Of a stretch of 64,000 bases of DNA, positions 51,514-63,383 are shown piece by piece; positions within the stretch are counted from its first letter, which is position 1, and the number at the start of each line of letters is the position of its first letter. The DNA lies in NCBI GenBank assembly GCA_965287045.1, contig OZ336892.1, positions 24,738,001 through 24,802,000 of the forward strand, read 5' to 3'. The position numbers and the translations under genes are program-made. This DNA is from Carcharhinus amblyrhynchos. Taxonomy: Eukaryota. The notes beneath the pieces are model-generated. The model made no database searches and had not been told where the DNA came from. It saw only the letters and a program-made list of their open reading frames with translations.

Positions 51514-52411
51514 ATTGTGCGGAGGGTGTGGAGAGTCTGCAGAAGGATCTAGATAGGCTGGGCGAATGGGCCAGGAAATGGCAAATGGAATTTAATGTTG
51601 GCAAGTGTGAGGTGGTCCACTTTGGTAGGAAGAATGGTAGGAAGGACTATTACTTACGGGGCGAAAAACTGCAGCAGGGGACAGTGCAGAGGGACCTCGG
51701 GGTCCTTGTGCACAAGTCGCAAAAACCCAGCTTGCAGGTGCAGCAAGTGGTCAGGAAGGCGAATGGGATGCTGGCCTTCATAGCGAGGGGGATTGAATAT
51801 AAAAGTAGGGAGGTCTTGCTGCAGCTGTATAGGGCATTGGTGAGGCCGCAACTGGAGTACTGTGCGCATTTTTGGGCGCCGCACCTGCGCAAAGATATTT
51901 TGGCCTTGGAGGGAGTGCAGAGGAGCTTTACTAGGCTGATACCGGAGTTGAGGGGGTTGAGCTATGAGGAGAGGCTGAATAAACTGGGCTTGTACTCGTT
52001 AGAGTTTAGAAGAATGAGAGGAGATCTCATTGAGACGTATAAGATGATGAATGGGATGGATAGGATAGAGGTGGAAAGACTCTTCCTGCTCAAAAAAGAC
52101 AATAGGACTAGGGGGCACAGCCTCAAGATAAAAGGGGGGCGGTTTAGAACGGAGTTGAGGAGGAACTTCTTCACTCAAAGGGTGGTGAATCTCTGGAATT
52201 CTCTGCCCGTTGAAGTGGTGGAGGCTGCCTCGCTAAATATTTTTAAGACGTGGGTTGATGGTTTTTTGATAGGAGAGGGGATTAAGGGTTATGGGGAGAG
52301 GGCGGGAAAGTGGAACTGAGCAGCGACAGATCAGCCATGATCTTACTGAATGGCGGGGCAGGCTCGAAGGGCTGGATGGCCTACTCCTGCTCCTATTTCT
52401 TATGTTCTTAT
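51513..52411 (+). mobile_element. Young CR1, 5'-truncated, near-identical to 50359-51275
   Basis: ORF 51528-52319. TSD ATACCTA at 51459-51465 and 52410-52416. Confidence 0.97.
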
Positions 52412-52434
52412 ACCTAACTTTGCCACCAATAGCT

Positions 52435-52713
52435 ATCCGAGCATCTTACCCAGGCCCACTCCCCTGACCTATCCTCGTCACCCTTTGCATTTACCATGGC
52501 TATTCCAACAAATCTACACATCTTTGGAAATTAAAGGGCAACTTAGCATGGCCAATCCACCAACCTTTGGACTGTGGGAGGAAGTTGGACCACCCAGAGG
52601 ACACCCACACAGACATGGGAGAATGCGCAAACTCTACACATTCTCCCAAACCAGAGTCAAACCTGGATCTCTGGAAATGGGATGCAGCAGTGCTAAACAC
52701 TGTGCCACCATGC
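52435..52713 (-). mobile_element. HE1-type V-SINE
   Basis: V-domain and tRNA-like head on the minus strand. Confidence 0.85.
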
Positions 52714-53849
52714 TTTAAGGAAAGATGTTCTAAATGTATGGCAGAAGGACCATCAACACATTTTCAGGACACAGGAGATAACACGTGTATCACAATACTG
52801 GGACTTAAGCAGATGATCCTAGAGGCTGACATCTCAAAAGGGTTGGGAGTGTGAATTATGCAATATGACAAATCAATTGTATTTGGTTCCAAAAGTCTAT
52901 CACAAGCACCATCCAATTATTCAAACACAGCGTGCTAGACACTGGTATTTGGTATCACAAGGTCTTACGTGGTAAACAATTAATTGTAGAAATGGACCAC
53001 AAACCATTGGAAATGATTTGGCACAGGCTATTGATAAGCATCTTTGTGATTAAAAAAAGAGCCACAACTTCAAAGTCTGTTACAAACAGGATAGTGGAAT
53101 GGTTACTTCAGACACACCAAGCAGATTACCCATTCCAAATGTCTTGCAAGACCTACAAGTGAGTGGCCTAGAATCAATGCAGATGATGTAATCAAGGTCA
53201 ATCTGATTACCTTTGGTCAACACAAATGCAACCAACTTCAGGAGGAAACAGCAAACGATCCATGACTGAAGGCATTATGAAGTCATTGATTCACACAAGT
53301 AGTGCCAGACACTCTTGCATGGTTTTGGCCATACAGTGATGGACTAGGAATTCAAGGGGTGTGATTTTCAAGGGAAAACAAGTGCACGCACAGAAGCTCT
53401 TGTGCACTGTTAACATTCTTAAATCCTTAATCTCTTCAATAGATATGTATTTTTTCTGTAAACAGTGTTTGCAACTACCCTGCTGTATATATTTTTTCAC
53501 TCAAGATGTATTGTTATCTTGGAAAAAATGGGGATGTTGTGATATCACTGAAGAATATGCTAATAAATAAGTTGCCACTGTCCAGAGCAGCTTTCAGTTT
53601 AGCTAGCGGCATGTGGTACAAAGGAGTTGCAATTATTCATTTTTGTTTACAATCTCCATTGAATCTTTATAGTAAATCTGTCTGTTGAGCAATCCTGCAT
53701 TACAGCTTTAAATGAACTGAACCCATGTCTAGTTTATCAGTCCTGTGCGAAATTGGTAACTTTCTATTAGTCAACATAACCTAATCCTTCTTCTCACATC
53801 CAACTTAAATCATTCTGACAATCCATTCTTATTTATAGGCTACAGATGG

Positions 53850-54052
53850 TGTATTTGGTTTCACCAACAGCGTGGATTCAATTCCCACGCCGGCTGAGAT
53901 TATTCGTGAAGGCCCACCTTCCAACCTTGCCCCTCATCCAAGCTGTGGTGACCCTCAGGTTAAATCACCTCCAGTCAGCTCTCCCCTCAAAAAGGGAGAG
54001 CAGCATTTGGTTATCTAGGATTATGACAACTTTACCTTTTACTTGCTTTACT
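53850..54052 (+). mobile_element. Third SINE-like family with (TTTAC)n tail
   Basis: B-box-like GGATTCAATTCC (53874-53885). Ends ACTTTACCTTTTACTTGCTTTACT. Confidence 0.55.
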
Positions 54053-54399
54053 CCCTTCCCTTCACTACAATCCTACCTTTATGCCTTTCTTGTTTCATAT
54101 GCCCAAAACTGCAACCTGACCAGATAGTAGAACAGCAAGATAGCAAAAGGCAGGAAGACAGTAATGAACAAAAACCATTAGTTACTTTCACACTTACAAC
54201 CATCAGCTCAGATACTGAATTGTGCTTTCTTTGCAGAATTCACATACAGATATAGCATCTAGAGACACACTGGGCACAAGTGCCAGCTTGCCAAAAAGCA
54301 AGTTGCCCATCAGATAAGGATGTTGGTGTACTAAAATTAAAATGCTTAGTACATTGGCAGGTCTACAGCCAATGCCATTGGTGGGGTGGTACCAACTTG

Positions 54400-54900
54400 G
54401 CACAGCTCAGCCTCTGTCACAGTGATGGCCAACTCTATTAGCACTATGTACTAATGTCTAATGACCAATTTCTCAACTTCCAATACAGTACAAGCAAATC
54501 CACCTAAAGTCCGGGTCCTACAGTGGAAGCTCAGGCTGCTCTCAAACAAGCTGAACTTGCTGTCATGTAAGCTCAAGTGGTTGCCATTGAACACTGGTAT
54601 CCATGGGTACAGGTCAGTTTGCAGGATGTCATTGCAGATGATTACTCAGTTCTCCAACACATTGCCCAAAGCGAATGACAAGGATGTCATGATACACGAC
54701 TCTGCTGTTTTTAAGATGGCAGCATTTGTCCTCACACACCTGCCACTACACCAGTATCTTTGCTGTTGCAGTCAGACAGGTAGCACAAACTGCTGTCACA
54801 AAAGCAGAGATGGTGCAGCCCAAATCAAGCGTTTTAGCCTCACGGCTGTTAGAGATCATCCATCATGACCATCTGCAGTCTTCCCGGCTGAAAGTCAACT
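54400..54900 (+). mobile_element. Possible Harbinger ORF2 remnant
   Basis: VMANSISTMY*CLMTNFSTS resembles the minus-strand LLASSSNT..HCLLANISI at ~16980-17050. Confidence 0.3.
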
Positions 54901-55781
54901 GCCTAACACCAGCTAAATTAAAGCCACTTTGGGCCTGCTTTCCATATGCTACCCTAAGGGAGCATATGAGGAAGAATAGTTGATTTTTGTATGCAATGCA
55001 ATAAGGCATGAATTAATTTGGAATTACTTTTACAATTGCTTTTGTTTTAGCACTGTAGCCAAGTGGACAAGTGGACACCATGTCAGTCAAAGGAAAGGCA
55101 TGATGTAGGACTGTTAGCAAATGGGAAATTGAGATTGTATTCACTGGTTGTACAGTTGATGTGTTAATTTTTGACAGCCCAGTGAAAAAGGGATTGTTTT
55201 GATTGTTCCTCCTTGTATCACCATATAGCGAGGGAAAAGTGTTACGCCCACATGATGTTGGGTTTGTGCAGCATGTAGATCACCACAAATCTGGACATGT
55301 GAGCTACTAAGTGCTGCAGGGCTCTTCCTGGAAAGGTAAAGCAGAATTATTGTCTAAACCTGCCAATGGTCTATGCTTTCACATTTTACATGGCAGCATA
55401 GCTTTACTTATATGCGTGCTGCTAAAGTATTCTTGGATTCCACATTGAAATCATAAGCTATGTTGTCAAAGGAAAGCCCTAGTCATCTAATAGCCAATTT
55501 CTGATTTATCATGGTTGCTCAAATACATTCACCACAAACAAAATGAAAACCTTAAGATTGTTATCACGATACTAATCACTGAATTGCCATGTATGACCAC
55601 AAACTAACTGGATATTGGAGTGCAATCTTTTATTTGTTATATATTTCAGAGTTCAAATGTAGCTTTGTGTGTGTCACATTGGTGTAGTCAATTGTATTCT
55701 GAACCAAAAAACAGCCTGCAATATCACAAAGTTGTGTGCTCACTCTGCCTGCTTCTCTCAATGAGAATAAAATGTATTAAT

Positions 55782-56030
55782 GTTCTGATGGTCATCGATC
55801 TGAAACACAAATTCTCTCCACAGATGCTGTTGTAACTGCTGAGTATTTGCAACATTTTGGGTGGGATTTTCTGGTCCTGTCAACAGCACAACCCTGCTGC
55901 GAAAAGGAGAGTTCAAGTAGAAACCCTGTTGACAATGGTGGGACCAGAAGATCCCACCACTGCAAAATACATTGTAGGTTTCAAGGAAAATCTTGCCCTT
56001 GTTTTTATTTCAGATATTCAGTAGTCACAC
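55782..56030 (+). mobile_element. Penelope-derived arm (family of 28062-28272) interrupted by a MITE
   Basis: TCTCTCCACAGATGCT...CTGCTGAGTATTT..CATTTT|MITE|TGTTTTTATTTCAGAT. Eroded hammerhead CTGATG..GTCATCGATCTGAAAC. Confidence 0.55.
55859..55998. mobile_element. MITE
   Basis: TIRs GGGTGGGATTTTCT / GGAAAATCTTGCCC. Internal palindrome GTGGGATTTTCTGGTCC..GGACCAGAAGATCCCAC. Related to 62133-62334. Confidence 0.7.
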
Positions 56031-57181
56031 TATTTTGTCTTTGTACTGTTGTTTTGAAGAAATTTATTCAGCTGTCTTGGTATACAAAGCCTCCTTCTGG
56101 CGCTGTGAAGATGGAGGACAAATTTGAGAGATGTCACAAGTATCATCTGCTCCAGCAGGAACGATCCAGATCATGGCCTAGGTCACCTTCACAACTACTG
56201 GCAATTCCATTCTTGACCTGCACCAAGGCTGCAGACAGACTTAAAGAGGACATTCTCAGGTGAAGGAGAGACATCCAACACATCTTTCTTCATTGAAGGT
56301 TACATAGAATTGCCTCACAAACATTAAATGATCATCGCTTCCTGTTCTCCCCATCATACAGTAGGCACAGGACCTAATTCTGGGAGCAAGTGGTTTATGC
56401 AGAGTGCTTAAAGTAAGGACAAAGTCCTAAGCATGTATCACATCACTCCTTGCAGACCTCAACAATTTTTAAGAATCTCTGAGTTAGCCAAATCAACATA
56501 ACAAGAGCCAGCACACAATTCACCAGAAACTAACCTGAAATTAGTTGATGAGTCTTTTAAAACAGCACAATCTTTGTCAGACTTCTTCCATCTCCTGAAT
56601 GTGTAAATTTAAGAGATTATGTTAGCTGGAGCGTTGAGTTCCAAAAATGGTAGCATTGGTGTCAAATCGAGTCTGCTTACTCTGCAAATATCCAATGGCA
56701 GCTCCCTGCACATGTACCAACTACCTCACCAAGATGCCTTTGGACGTAGCTAGCACACGTGCATGAGACAAAACAACATTCGTAGCACTGGAAAAACAGA
56801 CTCTGAAACCACTGAAACAAAAATTAATCTCCACTGCAACAAGAAGGCATCTGTGGCATTCACCAGTTTCTGGAAACCTCATCCCCTTAATAAGGAGGTT
56901 ATCAAGTTGGCATTGACTGGCCATATCCCTCTCCCCCAGGCAGTTACAGTGACCTTTAAAATTCTGGAGTGAACATCTGGAATTAGGGGTCTTTAATTAG
57001 ATTTAAATTTGAGTGAATGGAAATCAGGTTCTCACCCAAGGTGAGCAAGAATCTGATTACAATCACTGGCGAAGGGTGTGAAAATCAGAGATTGCAATCT
57101 TGTTGGCGAGATTCATGATTTACGGGTTGAGTCCCAACTGGTGAGCTCATGGATGTGGAATACTGACTGAAGATCTTGCCC

Positions 57182-57338
57182 AAAGTTTTCATGGTCATCA
57201 TTAGATATTTTAATTCCTGATTTTTTTTATTGAATTCAAATTTCACCATCTGCCATGGTGGGATTTGAACCCAGGTATCCAGAGCATTGTTCTGGATCAT
57301 TTGTCCAGTGACGATAACATTACGCTATCACCTCCCCC
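57182..57338 (-). mobile_element. tRNA-derived SINE 5' part (family of 2510-2869)
   Basis: TTGAATTCAAATTTCACCATCTGCCATGGTGGGATTTGAACCC. Abuts a Harbinger-like right end (GAAGATCTTGCCC, 57181). Confidence 0.75.
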
Positions 57339-57647
57339 AGTCAGAACCAACTTCTTCCAGTTACTTTTTCCTATCCGCTTACATCAACTGTACACAACAC
57401 CTACATTTTGCAGTCTTAGCTCATATCCATCACCATGTAGCAGTAACCTGCTTTATAGGATTTTGTACTAAAGTTATATTCTAGTCTCACATACATGATA
57501 CATACTGATTGAAAAAAAGTCACTCTCCTCCTAAAAAAGTTAGTTGATATGATTGACTGACATTTAGTGAGCATGAAGCTAATCAAGACCAATAGCTGAA
57601 ACACTCAAAAGGTATAACAATGAATTGTTCTGGACAATGACTTCCCA

Positions 57648-57910
57648 GAGAGATGGTAGCATAATAGTAATGTTGCTAGATTAATGATCTAGAGGCCTTG
57701 ACTAATACTCTGGGTCAGGAGTTCAAACCTCAAACTTAAATTTAATTAATGAATAAGTCTGGAATAGAAAGTTAGTTTTGGAAATGATGAAATTACTAGA
57801 TTATTATAAAAAATTGATCTGATTCAGAAATGCCTTTCTGCTGCCCTGATCCAGTCTGGCCTACGTATGACTCACAGCAAGGTGGTTGACTTTTTACTGC
57901 CCTTTGAATG
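57648..57910 (+). mobile_element. tRNA-derived SINE, old copy
   Basis: B-box-like GAGTTCAAACC. CAGTCTGGCCTAC.TATGACTC..GTGGTTGACT is shared with 2510-2869. Confidence 0.65.
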
Positions 57911-58126
57911 ATTTGCATAGGGCAGAAAAATCATTACAATCTTAACAAATCACCAGGAAAAGTTTAAGCATCTACATCTTATGGACTGGAGTGGCTCAAA
58001 CTCTGCAAACTCTTGTGGCACTCTTATAAAAAGTTAATCTCTCGCTTGTCCGGTCCTCCTCTCAGTACAACTCGAGGCACATTTGATGCTTAAATTAAAC
58101 TCTTGTTGTCGATTCATCACCATCAC

Positions 58127-58221
58127 CTTCTCAAACACCACAAATTTATCTGAAATAATATATTGCAGATTTGTTAATGAGGCATTAAGTTGGAGCAGTT
58201 CAACCCCAACTGATGTCAGAT
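58127..58221 (-). CDS. Candidate internal coding exon (95 nt, phase 1/0), SEA-domain-like
   Basis: Acceptor ctaattattgtcctag|AT and donor AAG|gtgatg. Encodes (D)LTSVGVELLQLNASLTNLQYIISDKFVVFEK, in frame with 46754-46680. Confidence 0.45.
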
Positions 58222-59340
58222 CTAGGACAATAATTAGGGCTGCAATTTTTTTTAGGACAAGTTTATAAACCAAGGATGTAAATAAATTATAATGACAAAA
58301 ATGTCAGTTTTATTCTGATATTAATACAATAGAACAAACATTTTAAACTTTTCAGTTTTGTTCATGCCCACCTCTTAAATGTTTTGTTCTATATTTTGTT
58401 TTCAAAAACTTCTTCCTCAACATTCATTCATTTGTTTTTAAATGGTTAATTTGGGAGATGGAATGAAGCCTTAAAAAAACACAGAGGTTCAACTAATCAC
58501 ATCATAGAAGATTTTTTTGGTCAAATTATTGTTCGAAATACAAAGGAGAACATTGGCAAGACAAGTGATGCATCTCAAGAGCGTCACAGATGCATCAAGT
58601 CCTTTGGTGACAGGAATGTTAAACTAGGATGAAAGACATCAGTTTGCACTGTCAGTACATTTGACATCACATTTTCAGTGCTGCTGATTAAGATTTGAAA
58701 ATCTAAGCAATTGGGAATTGGCAAGAAGAGTAATGGATATAAATATTTTAATACTCCATAGAACATAGGGTAAGTGATTCATCACCCAATTGTCTGCAGC
58801 CAATGTGATGCAAAAGAACAGATGTGCATCTGAAGTTTGACTCAACTTATCCCTGGAATAGGGAGCAACTTTGTAGAATTTCTCAAGGTTAAAGAGAATG
58901 AAAGGAATCCTTAAAATAGTAACATTTTGCTCGTTTTATGAAAGAATGGCCTCTTGTCATTTTACAGATTATATTTACTTTACTTAGCTAAACTTTAATT
59001 TGGTAAACGCAAACTTTATTGTTCCCTTGCTCAGGTCTGATTTTCTTGTTGGCAAGGGGATCAAGACAACTTGATCCTACTTTCTCTCCACATTACTTTT
59101 TATGCTGAAATCCTTGTACAGCATCATACCTCCTTTACCCAGTCATATACTAATTTACTCAATTTCATAATCCAATGAGGCAGCATTTCATCCAAATGCT
59201 GACCACAAGACAGTGCTCAAGAAATACTAAAAATGCTAATAAAGAAATTCCCAGACAATTTTGTTCTTTGTTTTACATCCATGCTACTGTTGCTAGCAGA
59301 GTGCAATGCCTTAAGACATGGATTCCAGCAATTCTAACTT

Positions 59341-61100
59341 AACATACAAGCATAGAAGATAGGAGCAGGGGGCCGTCATTTGGCCCTTTGAGCCTGCTCC
59401 ACCATTCATAACGATCATGGCTGATCGTCCAACTCAGTAGCTTAATCCTGCTTTTTCCCCATAACCTTTGATCCCATTTGCCCCAAGTGCTATATCCAGC
59501 CTCCTCTTGAATATATTCAACCTTTTGGCATCAACTACTTCCTGTGATAACGAATTCCACAACTCACCACTCTTTGGTGTGAAGAAATGTCCCCTCGTCT
59601 CCGTCCTAAATGGTCAATCCTGAATCCTCAGACTGTAACCCTGGTTCTGGACTCCCCCACCATTGGGAACATCCTTCCTGCAAGTATCTGTCTAAACCTG
59701 TTAGAATTGTACAAGTCTCTGAGATCCCCTCTCATTCGTCTGAACTCCAGAGAAAACAAGTCTAACCTAGTTAATCTCTCCTGATACATCAGTCTTGCCA
59801 TCCCCAGAATCAACCTGGTAAACCTTTGCTGCACTCCCTTGAGAACAAGAGCATCCTTCCTCAGAAAAGGAGACCAAAACTGCACACAATACTCTAGGTG
59901 TGGCCTCACCAAGACCCAGTATAGTTGCAACACATCCCTGCTCCTATATTTGAAATCTTTTGCAATGAAGGCCAATATGCCATTCGCCTTCTTTTAACAT
60001 CTGTTGCAACTGCAGGCTTACCTTCAGACACCCAGGTCCCACTGCACACTCCCCCTCTCCCAATTTACAGCCATTCAGGTAGTAATCTGCCTCCTTGTTT
60101 TTGCTTCCAAAGTGAATATCCTCATACTTATCCAAATTATACTGCATCTGCCATTGATTAGCCCACTCACCCCAACCTGTCCAGATCATTCTGAAAGATC
60201 TCTGCATTTTCATCACAGTTTACCCTCCCACCCAATTTGGTATCATCCGCAAACTTTGAATTGTTACATTTTGTTCCCTCATCCAATCATTAAGATATAT
60301 TGTGAATAGCTAGGGTCCCAGCACCAATCCCTGTGGCACCCCACTAGTTAATGCCTGTCAATTTGAGAAGCACCATTAATTCCTACTCTTTTGTTTCCTC
60401 TTTGCTAGCCAGTTTTCTATCCATCTCAATGCACTTCTTCCAATGCCATGTGCTTTAACCTTGCATGATAATTTCTCATGCAGGACTTCGTCAAACACTT
60501 TCTGAAAGTCCGAATATACCACATCGACCAGTTTCCCCTTGTCAACTCTACTAATTATATCTTCAAGAATTCCAACAGATTTGTCAAGCATGATTTCCCC
60601 TTTATAAATCCATGTCTGTCTGATCCTGCCATTGCTTTGAGTGCTCTGCTACAAAGCCCTTGATAACGAATTTGAGAATTTTCCCCACTACTGATAAGCT
60701 TACTGGTCTAATTCCCTGTTATTGCTCTACCTCCCTTTTTGAATACTGGAGTCACATTTACTACCCTCCAACTTGCAGGGACTGTTCCAGAGTCTATAGA
60801 ATCCTGTAAGATGACCAACATTGCATCCAATATTTCTACAGCCACCTCAAATACACTGGAATGTAGATTCAGGCCCTGGGGATTTATCCAACTTAAATCC
60901 CATCAACTTTCCCAGCACCATTTCTCTGCTAATATTGATTCACCTCAGTTCTCCCCCTCACTAAATCTTTCATTTTCTAACATTCCTGGCATCTGATTTG
61001 TGTCCTGTTTTGTGAAGACAGACCCAAAGTATGTATTCAGTTTCTCAGCCATTTCTTTGCCTTCTATAATACATTCCGCTGTTTCTGTTGCAGGGGACCT
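59341..61100 (-). mobile_element. CR1 LINE, 5'-truncated, disabled
   Basis: ORFs 60376-60591, 59944-60216 and 59628-59975 carry RT motifs. CATAGAAGATAGGAGCAGG tail. Confidence 0.93.
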
Positions 61101-61379
61101 TGTCTATCCATGGAACTTTAGATCAATATGGTAATGCAATGTTGTCAGAGTCTAAATATACCAGTGTGAGCAATTTTTATAATACACTAGAGCACCAAAC
61201 ACCTTCACATCTTAAGAAGCTATACACCTCCAGAAACAAACTATTTTAATACCACCTGAACCTTTAACACAAACTAGCAAAAACTAAAACTAGCAGACAG
61301 AAATATTAGGTAGATGTTAATAACTTATCATCCAAATCTTATTCAGATGTGTTTTTCATCTAAATTATAAAATGATGTA

Positions 61380-61775
61380 ACACAGAAGATGATCATTCAA
61401 TCCAATGACACCGTCCCAGCTCTTGGAAAAGCCATCCAATTAGTCCCATTAACTTGCTCTTTGCAATGGGCTCTGCAAAATTTCCACTTCAAGTACTTAA
61501 CCAGTTTCCTTTTGCAAGTTATTATTGAATTTGCTTCCTCTACCCTTTCAGGCAATGCATTACAACTCCCCAAATATTAAGCCTCCCTCATCTTATCTTT
61601 TCTGACCATCTTCTATGTGTGTTCTCTGGTTATTTACTCTTCTGTCTTGGGAACTTTGCCTTTTGATTTAACAAAACATTTCCTGATTTTTAAACACCTG
61701 AATCAAATCTCCCTTAGTATCTGCTCTTTTTTCACGCAACTGAAGTCCAGCATTCTTGGGTACCATTCTAAACTG
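61380..61775 (-). mobile_element. Very old CR1 3' fragment
   Basis: TTATTGAATTTGCTTCCTCTACCCTTTCAGGCAATGCATT pattern shared with other CR1 3' ends. Confidence 0.55.
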
Positions 61776-62132
61776 GGGACTTTTCCCCAGAATATTAATG
61801 TTCATTAGCACATTATAAATCTTCTGTTTGAATTTTAGAGGTATATTCCATACCTCTAAAAACGTTCATTGCTGTGCAAGCCTCGTTTAAATCCCAAATG
61901 ATGACGACATTTGTTTCCAGATGAGAAATTTTGAAAAGCTCAAAAGTTTAAACTTTGCAGCAGTTCTTTACTCTCTTGTTTTAAATTTGATCAAAGCAAA
62001 ATACAACACAGTAAATTGGAGATACACATCAACATTGTCAAAATTTATCAAAATGGAAGAGTTTTTCATCAGAATTGAACTCTTCCCTTAATCTTGTTAT
62101 GACCACAGCTGATGTTACTACTGTACAAACTA

Positions 62133-62334
62133 CGCTGGAATTCCGTGGCTGTTCATGCCAGTGGGATCTTCTGGTCCCACCGACAACAGACCCCAGACAC
62201 CAGGCGTCCTGGCAGCATGGGATGTAGTCAATAGGAAATCCTATTGACAGCAGTGGGACCAAACAATTCTGTCGCTGGTGAACAGTGCATCACCTCCTAC
62301 CATGAGAAACAGTGTAGGGGTCAGAGAATCCCCC
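62133..62334. mobile_element. MITE (family of 55859-55998)
   Basis: GCTGGAATTCC...GAGAATCCCCC termini and GTGGGATCTTCTGGTCCCAC motif. Confidence 0.6.
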
Positions 62335-62671
62335 AAAAACAGGGACTGAAATCCATCTCGATTGATTGTTTTTTTTTAATATTGTATTATAGAAATGAAG
62401 GGAGAATGCTACTGAACACAGGACTCCAGTAATAACTTTTAAAATCTGAAGAACTAAAATTTAAGTTGAACTTAAATACACATAATGGAAGATACATAGT
62501 TAGAAAAATCCTTAAAAAACCCGACTCCTTTTATCAAAGGTATACCATAAAACTTACCTTTCCTGGCACCAGACCTATAGATTCTTAAGATTAAAATCCA
62601 GGGAATGTTACCCAAACTGAGAAATTGCTTTTGTTTTAAACACAAGTACAATCCATGACTTCTCAGAATAA

Positions 62672-63383
62672 ATAGAGTGGAGGAGCAGAGGGATCTAGGT
62701 GTATGTGTACATAGATCCCTGAAAGTTGGGAATCAAGTAGATAAGGTTGTTAAGAAGGCGTACGGTGTCTTGGCGTTTATTGGTAGGGGGATTGAATTTA
62801 GGAGTCGCAGCGTCATGTTGCAACTGTACACAACTCTGGTGCGGCCGCACTTGGAGTACTGTGTGCAGTTCTGGTCCCCACATTACAGGAAGGATGTGGA
62901 GGCTTTGGTGCAGAGGAGGTTTACCAGGATGTTGCCTGGTATGCAGGGGAGGTCCTATGAGGAGAGACTGAGGGATTTGGGGTTGTTTTCACTGGAAAGA
63001 AGGCGGCTAAGAGGGGATCTTATAGAAACATATAAGATGATTAGAGGTTTAGATAGGGTGGATGGTGATAGCCTGTTTCCTCGGATGGAGAAATCTAGCA
63101 CGAGGGGGCATGGCTTTAAATTAAGGGGGGGTAGTTATAGGACGGATGTCAGGGGCAGGTTCTTTACCCAGAGGGTGGTGAGGGACTGGAATGCCCTGCC
63201 TGCTGCAGTTGTAAATGCGCCTAGTTTGGGGGCGTTTAAGAGATTGGTGGATAGGTTTATGGACGAAAAGGGATTGGTTTAGATTAGTGGGTCAATGTTT
63301 TTTTTAAAAATAAGACTGGTCGGCGCAACATTGTGGGCCGAAGGGCCTGTTCCGCGCTGTAATGTTCTATGTTCTATGTTCTA
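62672..63383 (+). mobile_element. Young CR1, 5'-truncated
   Basis: ORF 62677-63282. GGGCCGAAGGGCCTGTT and (TTCTATG)n tail. Confidence 0.96.

Larger units (their letters stand above)
49726..53400 (+). mobile_element. Gypsy/Ty3 LTR-retrotransposon pol fossil (RT, RNase H), split by four insertions
   Basis: Reassembled peptides ISQELFQQHLD..GCICI|VDNIMVMGKTKEEHD*NL..HKG|LVFNNKKC..GKLEDVQDMPTP..IPNFA..LEADISKGLG..FGSKSL..NYSN..DHKPLE. Confidence 0.8.

Noticed and set aside
35697-52174. Recurrent short minus-strand ORFs such as MRKCGDQNCTQYSSCG
   Set aside because: Antisense shadows of the CR1 RT frame, repeated only because the LINE is repeated.
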